Shown: positions 52,432-64,000 of the stretch, one piece after another
Layout: the number at the start of each line of letters is the position of its first letter
How positions within the stretch are numbered: position 1 is the stretch's first letter
NCBI GenBank assembly: GCA_024704765.1
Contig: JAKMXF010000031.1
Location: forward strand, 6,666 to 70,665
DNA: 64,000 nucleotides
Origin: Oopsacas minuta
Taxonomy: Eukaryota; Animalia; Porifera
Direction: 5' to 3'
Translations under genes and position numbers: made by a program
Notes under the pieces: generated by a model
Seen by the model: the letters and a program-made list of their open reading frames with translations, nothing else
Database searches by the model: none
Told to the model about the DNA's origin: nothing

Positions 52432-54552
52432 CAGTAAACATTGGATTTAATGACACTCGTTTGGGCAGGCAAAAAAGGTCGCTATATCCGATTTGTCGCT
52501 ATATCCGAGGAAGCTTTATATATGCATTATATACCGGATGACACCCATATTTATTCGTGTTATACGATGTAGTATACTATGTTGTTGTATTATCGTCATA
52601 ATAATGTCATGAATATGATTAGTTTGACTTGAAAAAGCTAGTTATTGAGGCCTGCTGCAATCGACTCAGCTGACTTTCAGCCAAGAAGTTTTGAAGTTCG
52701 CTGACAGACTGAATCTGTTTCTCTGAGCATGGGAGGGTGCGCAAGAACTTCATAACGGTGTCAAGGCATGAGACAACAGTGTCGAATTACGGAACATGGA
52801 TATTGGGGGGATATTCATTGTCGTCATTTTCGATATCAACATCGTCATCACTTGGAGGGTGCAGACTATTAAGGATATCGTCAATTTCGAGACCATTTGC
52901 ACCAGGTCCAATTGCAACACCATCATCCAGAGCAACAAAGTCCTCAAATGATAAGCCATCCGAAACAAGCCCTGCTTCTTCAGCACTGCTCCAAATTGAT
53001 GTGTCAGGTGCTGAGGTTTCTTCAGTGGCAGGTAAATCCTTGAACCCAACATGCTGATAGCAATGCTTGATGGTTGTGGGGGTGACATTATCCCAGGACA
53101 TTTTTAGCCAGTCCAAGGCCTGGAGCAAGTCAAGCTTGAACCCCGTTTCAGAATCAACTGCCAATAAACGCTTCCTAACAAGAAACCGGCGGTAGTGGTG
53201 CTTGAGGTTCTTGATTATACCTGCGTCCATGGGCTGAGTCATAGACGCTGTGTTGGGTGGGAGAAAGAAAAGCTTGATATGGGACAAGTTAAGGTTCGGA
53301 TGACCTGAGAAGTTGTCAAGAATCATGGCGATTTTCCTGTCGTCAAATCTCATAGAATTGTTCAACTTCCTTAGCCATTTCTCAAAAATCTCACTTGTCA
53401 TCCATGCGGTTCGATTGGCATCATACTCCACTGGAAGATTCAGGACGCCTCGGAAACAGTGGGGGCGCTTACTCTTTCCAATAACGAGTTGCGGAAACCT
53501 CTCCCCAAGCGCACTAGCTGCTACCAATACAGTGAGGCGTTCCTTGGAGCGCTTGCCTCCTTTGCACAAGTCTCCTCGGAAAGACAAAGTTCTGTCTGGT
53601 GTCATCTTCCAGAATAGCCCAGTCTCATCAGCATTGAAAATATCCTTGTCTTCAAACTCTTCTCTGATCAGTTTCAGCTGCGTTGATATCCAGTTGTCAG
53701 CACCAGCGTGATCTGCTGATTGGCTCTCACCCGAGATTTGACGGCTGGTGATGTTATGGCGCTTCTTCCAACGATCTATCCAGTTCAGATCAAGGAACAC
53801 AGGTTCGAGGTAGCCAGGCACATTTCGTACTTTCAGTTTCTCCGCGATGCATATCGCCTTTTCTAGAAGAAAGGGACAGGTGACTGACTCATCTGGAGCT
53901 GTGCTCTTCAAACAACGAAACCACTCAAGCAGTGCAGTGTCGATCTCCGGGTATCGAGACAGCTTTGTGCTCTTCGAATCAAGATTTGATGCACTTGCGA
54001 TGGAAGTTTCAATCATCGCCCGATCTTTCAAGAAGCCGGCTAGGGTCCCATGTGAAATGCCATGTTTCTGCTCCAAGAATGGTCGCTTAGCTCCTGCATC
54101 AAGCTCCTTCAAAATTTTGTATTTTTCAGCAAAAGAAAAGCGCTTCCTTTTGCCAAGTCCGCTCGAATCCATGACGATTAAATTTTAACATTACATTGTA
54201 CGTACAATAGCTTTTAATAAGCGTTTTCGTAAAAAGCCAGGTGCTGTTGATTCAATAGGAGATTTAATTGTTTTATAATTTAAATCAATTATTAAACCCT
54301 TAATAATTCACTAATTAGTACACTTTTCTTAAGTCCACAGTATAGACAACCCAAAAGTCGTAATATCCAATTGGATTTGCATAGAGCAGGCATAGAAAAT
54401 ATGTCGCTAAATTCAATGTGTCGTTATCTGACAGGTCGTTATACCCGAGGTATGGTGTGTGCAGAATAATGCTGCGAGATTCTGGCAAGCAAAATGAGTC
54501 GTTATAAGCGATTTGTCGTTAAAGCCGATGTCGTTAAATCCAATGTTTACTG
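52432..54552 (-). mobile_element. Full-length Tigger/pogo DNA transposon (2121 bp)
   Basis: TIR cagtaaacattggatttaatgaca / tgtcgttaaatccaatgtttactg with TA on both sides; encloses an intact transposase. Confidence 0.93.
52787..54172 (-). CDS. Tigger/pogo transposase (CENP-B HTH + DDE_1), 461 aa
   Basis: Uninterrupted ORF; WIDRWKKRH, FNADETGLFW, ILDNFSGH, QPMDAGII (DD-D triad). Confidence 0.95.
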   Translation of the reverse strand: MDSSGLGKRKRFSFAEKYKILKELDAGAKRPFLEQKHGISHGTLAGFLKDRAMIETSIASASNLDSKSTKLSRYPEIDTALLEWFRCLKSTAPDESVTCPFLLEKAICIAEKLKVRNVPGYLEPVFLDLNWIDRWKKRHNITSRQISGESQSADHAGADNWISTQLKLIREEFEDKDIFNADETGLFWKMTPDRTLSFRGDLCKGGKRSKERLTVLVAASALGERFPQLVIGKSKRPHCFRGVLNLPVEYDANRTAWMTSEIFEKWLRKLNNSMRFDDRKIAMILDNFSGHPNLNLSHIKLFFLPPNTASMTQPMDAGIIKNLKHHYRRFLVRKRLLAVDSETGFKLDLLQALDWLKMSWDNVTPTTIKHCYQHVGFKDLPATEETSAPDTSIWSSAEEAGLVSDGLSFEDFVALDDGVAIGPGANGLEIDDILNSLHPPSDDDVDIENDDNEYPPNIHVP

Positions 54553-54554
54553 TA

Positions 54555-55080
54555 TTACGAATATTACTATCAAATAGTTCAAGTGTTCATTTAATTCTAC
54601 GTGAACGAGTTATCGGTACTTACAAACTATTCAATAGAACTCGCGAAAGTTCGTGAAGTATTCCAACTCTATGGCTCGGAAGAATTCTGTTCCCATTTAA
54701 CACTAGGTCTAACTGAAAATGCGAACGAGTCCTTACACAATGTCATTTGGAACTTCTGTCCAAAGGCAAATACCTTTCTCCTCAAAGTGTGCGTATTAGC
54801 ACTGCAATTTTGCTGTAACAATCTTCAATGAAGGAGAACTAAGCATTTTCGGATTTATGCGGGAGCTGAAACTTTGTCCTTCGTATACTTCATTCCGGTC
54901 TGTTGTCAAAAGGGAACATGTAAAGGAACAACACCGAACCTACATTCGGAAGGCAAATGTTCATAGGGGAGCAAGACGTCTAAACTAAACAAGGCTCCGG
55001 CGAGAAACAGGACTTCTCCGAAAGAAAGGTGGACCCAGCTATAAATCTAGCGCTTTAGGATCTGAGACCCGGTGAAAACC
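54555..55080 (+). pseudogene. C-terminal remnant of a Mutator-like (TQNxNES-type) DDE transposase
   Basis: GLTENANESLHNVIWNFCPK, then frameshifted FNEGELSIFGFMREL. Confidence 0.65.
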
Positions 55081-56359
55081 TACAAGAACACCCTGTTCAC
55101 GTGCAAGAACTAGAAGAACTTCCAGGACAAGAATATCTTCCAAAGGGAAGAAAGTCTGTCAGACGATCCCAAATTCTTTTACCTCAAATTCAGAATCTGA
55201 CTTTTCAATAAAAGACAGCGGTAGTGAAGTTAGTCATGTGATTCTTTGTGATATATGCCTCCTTACACACCCTCCGACACAAAGACAACAAGTTATTTCA
55301 ATTTGCTCCAGGGTGAAGTGGCTCACATGCATATCCTGTAAGAAATCATTCCACCAGAGATGCACAGAACTTGACAGGGGAGCTGTATCTAATTCTTCGG
55401 GGAATACACAGTGATAAACCAAATATTGGCATTTTATTTTTTTGGCCGCATGACGGAAATATTCCTGAATTTTGGTTTTTCACTTGATAATCTCCACGAC
55501 ATACTCATGTTTATCATGGAGTTATCACACCTTATGATTTGCTCAAAACATTAGGTGGTGTATTAAGCGATTGGCAGCTTAAGGAGTATTGAGATATTCT
55601 TATCCTATGTGTTAATACAGAACTTTAACCCTATTGAGATATCTTTTGATTTATCGATCGTAATTGGTTTATATGACTTTACAAGAGGAGAAACTTTGTT
55701 TATAATCTTTATGATTGTATTTTTGAAAATTGGTAATTCTATGTGACTACAGGCCGCCTATACCTGTAACATTGTATATATTTTTTCTAGGACTTTTCCC
55801 AGTGGTAATTTAATAATATTTTAGTAATGAATAATTCATTCCACTGCAATAGTTTAGTAGAATAAGGGGTTAGCAGGCTAAAGTCAAAAATACATACTTT
55901 GAATTTTATTTGCAGTTTTCAGTAGGGTCCGGACAAAGTTATCAATTTCTTGATTTTATACAAGGATTAATCAATCAATCAGTAATTATTCTTCAAATGA
56001 TTAGCAATGCTACAATACTTTAAGTTGATATACAATCACTCTCTGAAAGTTTGAAGTCATTGTGACATATACTTCATCATGGAAAAGTCGTTAAATTTTG
56101 ATAAAGTTAGTTTTGAGAAAATCATGTTTGAAGTTAAAATATTGCTTTATTTGAAATTCGATGCTTTGTCGGGTTTTAAAAGCTATTATTATTGATTGCG
56201 ACACATTTGAGATTACGGTTGTAACAATTCCACCACTGATGCATGAATGACATATCTTTCTACTCATAATACTAACGTATTCACATCAATATGGGTTTTA
56301 TGTGATTAGTTATTGCTGAATTAGATATTATTGAATTTGACTGTTCTCTGAACAAAAAG

Positions 56360-56734
56360 ATGCCCCCCATTCCTTCTGGACAATTCTTGGCACAGAACCC
56401 ACCCAGGATTATGCCGATTATACTGATACAGCGTAGGGTTCGAGCAATAGCACGAATGCGCAGAGAAGCTGAGAGAAGGCGCATGTTAGCAGTCAGAAGA
56501 CGCCAGAAACATTTGAGGATGAGACAGCTTGTACATCAGCGGATTTTGCTTGATACAAGTATCAGGGAGTTCAGGAGTCTCAATAATTTACGCGTTCGTG
56601 AGATGACTCAACGCCTGATTGGTACAGGGTGTTGTAGCCAGGATACACGAGAAAATCACATTAAGGACTACAAAGAGCTCTATCCCAATCATCATCGAAT
56701 TGGTTGCTTCTATTTTCACTATCCTGTTTATTGA
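56360..56734 (+). CDS. Arg-rich small protein of unknown function, 124 aa
   Basis: Paralogue of 46356-46694; frame preserved over 112 codons. Confidence 0.4.
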   Translation: MPPIPSGQFLAQNPPRIMPIILIQRRVRAIARMRREAERRRMLAVRRRQKHLRMRQLVHQRILLDTSIREFRSLNNLRVREMTQRLIGTGCCSQDTRENHIKDYKELYPNHHRIGCFYFHYPVY

Positions 56735-58013
56735 GTAATAATGGGTATATATTATTGCTCTTTTTGTGATACATTAGAGTTTGATATATAATTAATATGG
56801 TGTTTCGTCCCGGCAATGAACTCTTCAGTTTATTTGAATTTATTTGTATATTCGAAGTTTATAACTCAATAGTTTCACGAGTGTGAAATCAGCAGCGAAT
56901 TCCAGCAGTGAAATATGAGCACAACTTAACAATAATTCTGTCAATCCTCGATCAAAACATTCACCTGAATTTGGTTAGTACCTTTGTCTAGAGCGGTGCT
57001 TTTTCTAACATTCAATAAATAATCACTATTGCACCTCTCTTGCCACAATGACGTTTCAAAATTTTAATACAAAATCTCCATAGGGAATATTCAGTCACAG
57101 TAGGGGAGGTAGTTCTTCAAAGAGCAGGGGTTTGATGCACAATCAGTTTTATGTGCTACTTTGGACACATTTTGAACGTGTTTACGAGCGTATAACTCAT
57201 CCAGTTTGAATCGATGACCTATTTTAGTTTCGGTATTCGTAATCAACTAAAGATTTTGTGTCGTATGAGTGGTTATTCGAATATTTTTGGGAATATAATA
57301 AGAAGTACCAATAAGTTTTGACAAACATGGTTCCCCGAATCCACTACAAATTGGTCCAGTGGGACCATTTTGACAATTATCCATGGTATCGAATAAAAAT
57401 GGTCCCCCTCTCACTTTTGAGGAATTCTCAAATATTTCTCAGCGTTTAAATGACTTCAAACTTGAGGATCTAATCTATAAAGTGAGTTACTCAGATTATC
57501 ATCTGTCTTAGAAAAGGGCAACTATTTATACGAATTGATTATATTAATTGAAGAGCATGTAGAGATACTTTTCACGATCTCTACTCTGTCAGAATATTGC
57601 CCTCCTTTAATTTGTTCATTCGTAGAGTCGCCATACCCAGGAAGTCACGTTTTCCCATTTACACTTCCAAAGTAACTTTATTGCATCTTTGACAGTTCTC
57701 CATCATATGAATAGGTAGTAAATAATTAGAGCTCCATCTTGAAACTTTTTGAATTAAATATTTTGGATTTTGTTCGGCAAACCCTGAGAGTTGATACATT
57801 GAAGTAATATAGATATCAACCATACTATGTAGTGCTATGAATAACTACGTAGACTATTTGGATATGTAATTTTAAATAATTCTTCTCATTATGCGATAGA
57901 ACTGAGATTACACCTACCTCTTCACACAATTACATACGTACTATCTAAGTATAGGTGTTATTAGAGCGATACTGTATTCTAGACACAAACTAGTAAAAAA
58001 TTGACAAAATGAA

Positions 58014-58619
58014 TTGAATATAGATTTGCTAGTGTTAATGAAACCAGCCTCACGACAAGAACGACTAAGGTTTGTTGCTAATGCACACCATGATCTAACA
58101 GTGATGGGAGAGAGACATATGAAAGATCTGGAGCAGGACTTCATGTCTCTCATTCAAGATTTTGAAGACAAAATGACTCGATTGAAGTTGACTCTACACA
58201 AGGAGTTCCTCACAATACGAATGGATGGGCTCCACTCGCTGGGGAATGCACTCCCAGAAATAGTGGATGTTTGGGAGAGGAATCGAAAGGAAAATGAGAT
58301 GAGAACATTTACGTCTTCGCTCAGAGGGAAAGGGAAGTTTCGGAATTACAACATCAAGGAGGTTGCCTTTTCATCTCCTCTAAAGACTCCCAAGAGAGCC
58401 AAAGTGAAATTGGGAAAACGCAATTCTGTTGGGAGAGTTGAGAGGTACATGGTGATGGTTGAGGGGAAAGATAATTTAGATGCTTTAATTAGGCAAGGAT
58501 CTATCCGCTCCAAGAATATTGTACCAATGCCTGATTCTTGTAGAAATGTGAATTCCAAAATCACACAAACACCTAAGCAATCTACAGGACCGATAACCCG
58601 ATCACAAAAATTTCAATGA
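58014..58619 (+). CDS. Unknown protein with helical N-terminus, weakly Borealin-like
   Basis: 201-codon open frame; start codon uncertain; RHMKDLEQDFMSLIQDFEDKMTRLKLTLHKEFLTIRMD loosely resembles the Borealin/Nbl1 N-terminal helix. Confidence 0.4.
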   Translation: MNIDLLVLMKPASRQERLRFVANAHHDLTVMGERHMKDLEQDFMSLIQDFEDKMTRLKLTLHKEFLTIRMDGLHSLGNALPEIVDVWERNRKENEMRTFTSSLRGKGKFRNYNIKEVAFSSPLKTPKRAKVKLGKRNSVGRVERYMVMVEGKDNLDALIRQGSIRSKNIVPMPDSCRNVNSKITQTPKQSTGPITRSQKFQ

Positions 58620-58909
58620 ACATTTGAACTCTTTGATATTTCCATTCGTAATACTACTTTAGTATATTGTTTGAATACACTATAAAGCACAGTGTAATCA
58701 ATATGCATTATCTGTGGTGTTTGAGTAATAAGAAGTCGCATTTTGAATGGAATTTGCTAACTAATAAGCTAACTTGCTATTAGAGGAACAAAATATACAA
58801 GAAATACTCACTTAGGGGCTACAAGTAACTTACAAATTGAGCAATATTGCTATTAGGCGAACACTACTGTAAATAACCGCTACCACAATATCTGATAACT
58901 GACATATAG

Positions 58910-60051
58910 TGGATGAGTCCCTCTTTGAGAGGACAGAATTGGAGCCAGGAGCTCCCAAGCTCTACATGTCCCGCTTCCGCAAGAAATCACTCAAGAGGAA
59001 ATCCTCTACCCGACAGATAGTCAGTCCTTAGGGCAACTAAGTCCCCGGATACAAAAGAGACCCCTCTTCTCTAGGAGTGTGTGAGGCGCCAGAAGGGTGA
59101 CTAGCTAGACTACAGGCCGCAATCTCATTTGTGAAATGTGAGAACACACGATTCCTGTTATGGTCTCCAGAGGTTCTTCACATGGGGGTGGAGGTGGAGC
59201 AGGGGTTTCCCGGAGTCAGTGGGAGATGCAGTCAGATTGCAATTGGAAACAGTTCCTATGCTCCTGTCAATGGACAAGAGGGACTACGAACAAGAACTGG
59301 GAATACTACAACCTCTTCTGAGACTCAAACTCGTAAATGCTGTCCAAGAGCAGGCAGCTCTCTCTAAAGCTAGTACCCCTTGTCCCTACTCCACCTACAG
59401 TGCTGTTAACCACGAATGGATAGCTTCTCATTGGCTGCCTTCTCTAGGTCTAACTCAGTACAGCAATATTTTCAGGTTTGTTGTTATTTACTTGTTAGTT
59501 TACACGTGTATTTGTTGTTATTTATTTTCCTATTATTTCTAGACAATGCTGTGTAGACGGAAGGGTACTAAAACATCTGTCCAAGAAGGAACTAAGGACC
59601 AGTTTAGACATGGTTAAGAGTTCTCATAGGAATAGTCTCCAGTAGGGAATGTTTGCTCTCCGTTCCCTCAACTCTGAGAGGAATATTCTAGAAAACAAGC
59701 AGAGACAATCATTCACAGATAGGACAGATCTACCCTTCTGGTCCAATAGGCAGATTTCCTTATGGCTACATTCCATTGGTCTGGGTGGTTACACTGGTAA
59801 CATTGAGTCCAGAGGTCTCACACGGAGCTGTCCTATATTTTGATAACTCATATGATTATCATACAATGGCTAATGCTCTACAAATTCCTCAGAATGATTC
59901 GGTTGCTTGGAAACTACTTAAGGCGTCACTTAACGATTTAATGTCTCAACAGGATTCTTCGAATTTTGACAAGAAAGCAAAGAGGAAGAGCTTTGCTATA
60001 TTTAGGCGGAAGAACGACGCAGTGAGTCCAAGAATGTCTTCAAGAGCCTGA
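58910..60051 (+). pseudogene. Liprin-alpha-like triple-SAM region; exons 58910-59475 and 59543-60051
   Basis: AVNHEWIASHWLPSLGLTQYSNIF, FWSNRQISLWLHSIGLGGY, HGAVLYFDNSYDY; frameshifts. Confidence 0.8.
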
Positions 60052-60462
60052 GAGTCCCGACTCTCATACGCCCTAGCTCTAGGAGGGGCGATAAGACTCG
60101 ATAAGACTTACTCGGTCAAATTATATTGCTAGCTTTTATATAATTAAATGAAGTGATTTCTTGTATAATAATTTTGTAAATTCAAGCATTTTATTTTGTA
60201 TTTTTCCCTAACTTTCTTTTCTTAGTTTCCGTCTTTACAAATCGTGTATAGGTGAGAACATGTGTAGCATTGTGGCGGACATCATTATTCAATTAATACA
60301 TATCCATGGTTCTTATAGCTGGCATATATAGATGCCCCTGGTACCTGTATCCACTGCTACCTGTATTATTCTCTCCAATATTCAACAAGTCAGAAGTGGC
60401 TGAGTCCGAATACCCGTTATAACATTTCAATTCGCTATTTACACTCTTTCTTGTATTGTTAG

Positions 60463-61704
60463 TTGGTTGGAAGTATGGACGCTCATCCTAGTCCTTACAG
60501 TGCTTCAGTCCGTGTATAGCAACACAGACAAGAGACAATAGCAGAGCTAGTGCTGTGGTCAGAGATCTATTGATTTAATTCTACAAATCTGCCAGGATAA
60601 GCCTCAGAGGATTATATTCTTTCGGGATGGAGTCAGTGAAAGACAATTTCAACAGGTCAGTACAGTCATGCTATGTTGTTATCGCAGTTTAACTATAAGA
60701 ATATACTATATACAATAACAATGGAATATTTGATTGGACCCTAGGTACTTCTCCCCCTTGTCAAAATTTCTGGATGGAATACTGACTGCAATATCTTTTG
60801 GGATATCCAAAGATGCAAACTAAATATGTTCAGTATTCGATTCAACTACTTTTATATTTTACATTCTTATCAACCTCTATAATCATTTCCCGGAATTTCA
60901 AAAATTCTTCATGAAAAGCATTTTGGGCGATTATTTGGGGAATCAGGTACGAAAATTGCAAATATTTCCCAAATTTCTTGTGAATTGCAAGCTTCAAAGA
61001 GGGTGGAAAGTATGATAGTTATGATGTAATGTGTATATTTACGTCACAGATATTGAATCAAGAATGGAGAGCAGTAAGAGAAGCTTGTAGTAAACTAGAA
61101 GCTGACTACAAGCCTGGAATTACATTCGTTATCGTCCAGAAGAGACACCACACCCATTTGTTCTGTTGAGAGGAGGAAGATCAATGTGGTAAATCTGGTA
61201 ACACTCCAGCTATGTATATAAGTTTTGTATTAAGTTATATGATTGGATTATAATTTAGCGATCTTATTGATTTTAATAGGTAAAAAATTCCTAGTGCAGC
61301 GGGTCCGTGGATCATTTGGTAGTACTCAGATGACAGCAGGGGTCCACAGGATCTCAAAGGTTTCTGTGAAGAGGTCCACAGCATGTGTTGAAATGGCATA
61401 TGGGTCCACGGGTGAAAATGTTTGGGACCGCTGTCCTACTGTTTCAATTGGACCTTCGATCAATTTATATTCAACCGATAATTCAATTGAATGTTGTTCT
61501 TATAGGGAACATCTCATCCATCTCATTGCCACGTATTATGGGATGAAAACAACTTTACAGCTGATGAGATACAATCTCTTACTTACCAATTATGTCATAC
61601 ATATGTAGGGTGTACCAGATCTGTATCTATTCCAGCTCCTGCTTATTACGCGCATTAGTTGCTTTCAGAGCTAGATACCATTTGATGGAGAGAGATGAAC
61701 ATGG
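60463..61704 (+). pseudogene. Argonaute PIWI-domain fragment; exons 60463-60655, 61050-~61211 (3' deleted), 61506-61704
   Basis: [71 protein letters not shown]. Confidence 0.93.
61297..61433. mobile_element. hAT-type MITE in the captured AGO intron
   Basis: cagcgggtcc...gggaccgctg termini; 8-bp TSD tcctagtg/tcctactg; a truncated copy is in the left arm (~42018-42135). Confidence 0.75.
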
Positions 61705-62995
61705 GTAAGTTATTCATAATATTCAACCTTAGCATATTCATATAAAGTTGTTGAACTCGGAATTATTCTAATTATTTATGAGAAATCTTGGTTCATCTCT
61801 GAGAAAGTGTTACAAATGTTATACCCAATGCATTTTAATGGTGACTATTGTCTCGCAAATATATTAATATATCTCTTTATTAGTATTGAGTTTGCAAACG
61901 ATGAGCGGAGAACTTTAAACCTGTTTAAACTAGTACAGATACACGATGAGATTCTCAAAGGAGTGTATATTGCTTGAAACTATGTAAATATCCGATAGCT
62001 ATAGGTCAGCCCTCATTTGTATATTATTTGTAGTTTGCACTAAACTTATTTCTCTAAAGCTTTGTAATATTTTGAATTGTATATTTCTAATCTCCGTACT
62101 GATACAATAGATATAATCATTGCTATTTATTTTGTATTAGTTATTTCTATGGATTCTGCTGTTGTTGAACTAATTATATCATTTAATACTCTAACTTGGT
62201 ATTTATTGGTTTATACCAGTTTTCTCACGCTGGGGGCGTTTCTTCGTCCACCGGAAGTGTTTAAGGGAGCTATTTGTCCCAAAAAATATTGAGCAATAGT
62301 GGTTTGTACATTTGAATGGGTGTTTATCGATTTTTCTTTCCATTTTTGGCATTTTCAAACGATATGATATAATAGGATAGTTATAATCACATTGCATGTG
62401 TATTTGTTGTTCATAGAGTTTGTATTATTCACTGTAAATTTTAATTATTCCACTCCAAAGAAATCCGATCCTTGAGATACTTCAAACTCTCTTTGAACTG
62501 CCATTAGCCTGTCAGCGGTCTTCTCACCAATCAAAGTAATAAATATGATTAGTAACTTTATCCATTCAAGTTTGAAACATTACAATTTTGAAACTCGAAA
62601 TATTTCTTCCTTTATGCTCCGACATTTCGTCAATGCTCTTCAATTAGATATGCTCCCAAATCGTAATACTATGTTTAATATGAAACCAACGGCAAGACGT
62701 ATAAGTTCCAGTTTTCATCATGTGTGGGTAAATACAGGTATAAAAGAAGTGAAAAGAAAAATTGATACATTTAGAGGAGCCGATACCGTACATAGCCAAT
62801 GGATAATATCAATTTTCCAAATACTTCGCATATTCACAATCTATAACAATTTCAATTTTTATACACCCATAAGTTTGGAAATTCTCATTTATAATTTATT
62901 CAAAATTATCTAATTATTATTAATTTCTATTTCTTCCCTAGTTTTATTGAACTATTGTCTTGTTTTCCTGAATAATTAAAACACATTCTACGAAA

Positions 62996-63864
62996 ATGCC
63001 CGAAATAAAGCTTGCTATTGACTGCGAGAAAGAAGAGCTATTGAAAGAATTCTTCGAGAAGAAGGAGAAGGAGAAGGAGAAAGAGAGAGTGGATAAACTG
63101 ACTAAACCAAAGATTATACACAGTAAAACGTTGGTAAGAACGGATGAAACTCAGAAAATTATCCCAATTGAAGATTCTAAGAAAGTTAGTTTCATCTATC
63201 TTACTGATCATTGATAATCCCTTCATTATATTCTGCGTTGAAATTTTCCCAAAATCCACTAACGAATTGTCTAAGAATAATTAAAATAGTTTAAGACACT
63301 TCAATGTGACTTAAATAGGAATAATATACAAATTGTAAATAGGAATTTCTCCAATTATTAATTTGCATGAAACTCCAGTACAATTGTTCTCCAATTATTC
63401 AATGTTTGAAATATTATATAAGATGTTACAGGTAGAGAATGATAAACTAACAAGTTATCTACGTGAACAGATCAAGAAACTCACTAAAGATAATCACAAT
63501 TTGAAGAAACAAATAGAGGAGAATACTACAATAGAAGAGACTAGGAGGAAAAAGCTGGAGGTTGAAAAGCAAGCTCTATTGAAATGTGAGAAGGTATTGA
63601 AGGAGGAACTAGATAGGTCTCGAATGGTATGCGACTCCCTTCGAGTACAACTCCTGTTCTATCTAGCAACTACTGCTCTACCACCAAGAGTGAGTACACC
63701 AGAATGTGTGAATGTATACATGCTATTACGGACGAGTTTTATTTTATTTTCTTTACTAGATCCCGATTCCAACTCCTCCTCCCCCTCCACCGCCAACGGA
63801 TCGCGCTTGCCGCAAGCGGAAGCATCCCGGCGACAGCCCCCCCACTTCACTAGCGAAGCGGTAA
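62996..63864 (+). CDS. Predicted 3-exon, 186-aa coiled-coil protein with poly-Pro tract and basic NLS-like tail; exons 62996-63184, 63423-63689, 63760-63864
   Basis: Exons of 189/267/105 nt with two phase-0 GT-AG introns give MPEIKL...SKK|MLQVEND...PPR|IPIPTPPPPPPPTDRACRKRKHPGDSPPTSLAKR*; ATTAAA about 10 nt after the stop. Confidence 0.65.
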
Positions 63865-64000
63865 GTTCTGTTTATTAAATATTTGGAGTGTCGTTTATTG
63901 TAAAAGAACGCAAAGCTTCAGAGAATCATAGAAATAGTGCATTTTGAATTGGTGACTTAATCACAGTATGTTTGATTGAATTACTAACTATACAGTGCAA

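Larger units (their letters stand above)
56289..63880. repeat. Right arm of the ~24-kb inverted repeat
   Basis: Reverse complement of 39548-46762; arm-specific segment ~56740-58290. Confidence 0.95.

Noticed and set aside
52269-52472. Poly-Asn ORF
   Set aside because: Translation of the (TTA)n microsatellite
39548-63880. Polinton/Maverick or endogenous virus with long TIRs
   Set aside because: No protein-primed polymerase, packaging ATPase, capsid or retroviral-type integrase motifs were recognised
1-64000. tRNA, rRNA or snRNA genes
   Set aside because: None recognised by eye; tRNAscan-SE or Infernal would be needed to exclude them

Overview
AT-rich eukaryotic (animal) genomic DNA with GT-AG introns and two assembly gaps. 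The TRAF style and gene set suggest a sponge, possibly a glass sponge (inference only). The left ~33 kb holds ordinary host genes: a 2-exon TRAF-like gene plus a broken paralogue, a 6-exon importin-7 (1047 aa, exons reconstructed in frame), intronless Hikeshi, a 4-exon cathepsin L and a divergent 14-3-3 with one exon probably in a gap. Their introns are filled with MITEs, Helitron-like repeats and transposase remnants. The right ~28 kb is accessory. It starts with a chain of co-oriented gene fragments (alkaline ceramidase, unknown, cathepsin-B-like, liprin). A ~24-kb palindrome follows (arms ~39548-46762 and ~56289-63880). Both arms carry intron-containing Argonaute PIWI-domain exons and liprin-alpha SAM exons, an Arg-rich ORF and a 3-exon coiled-coil/Pro-rich/NLS gene missed by the ORF track. 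The spacer holds a TIR-bounded KDZ (Kyakuja-Dileera-Zisupton)-type element with a convergent NRF1-like DNA-binding domain + Ulp1-like protease + PHD gene, an intact Tigger/pogo transposon and a Mutator-like transposase remnant. All family calls come from motif recognition by eye; no searches were run.
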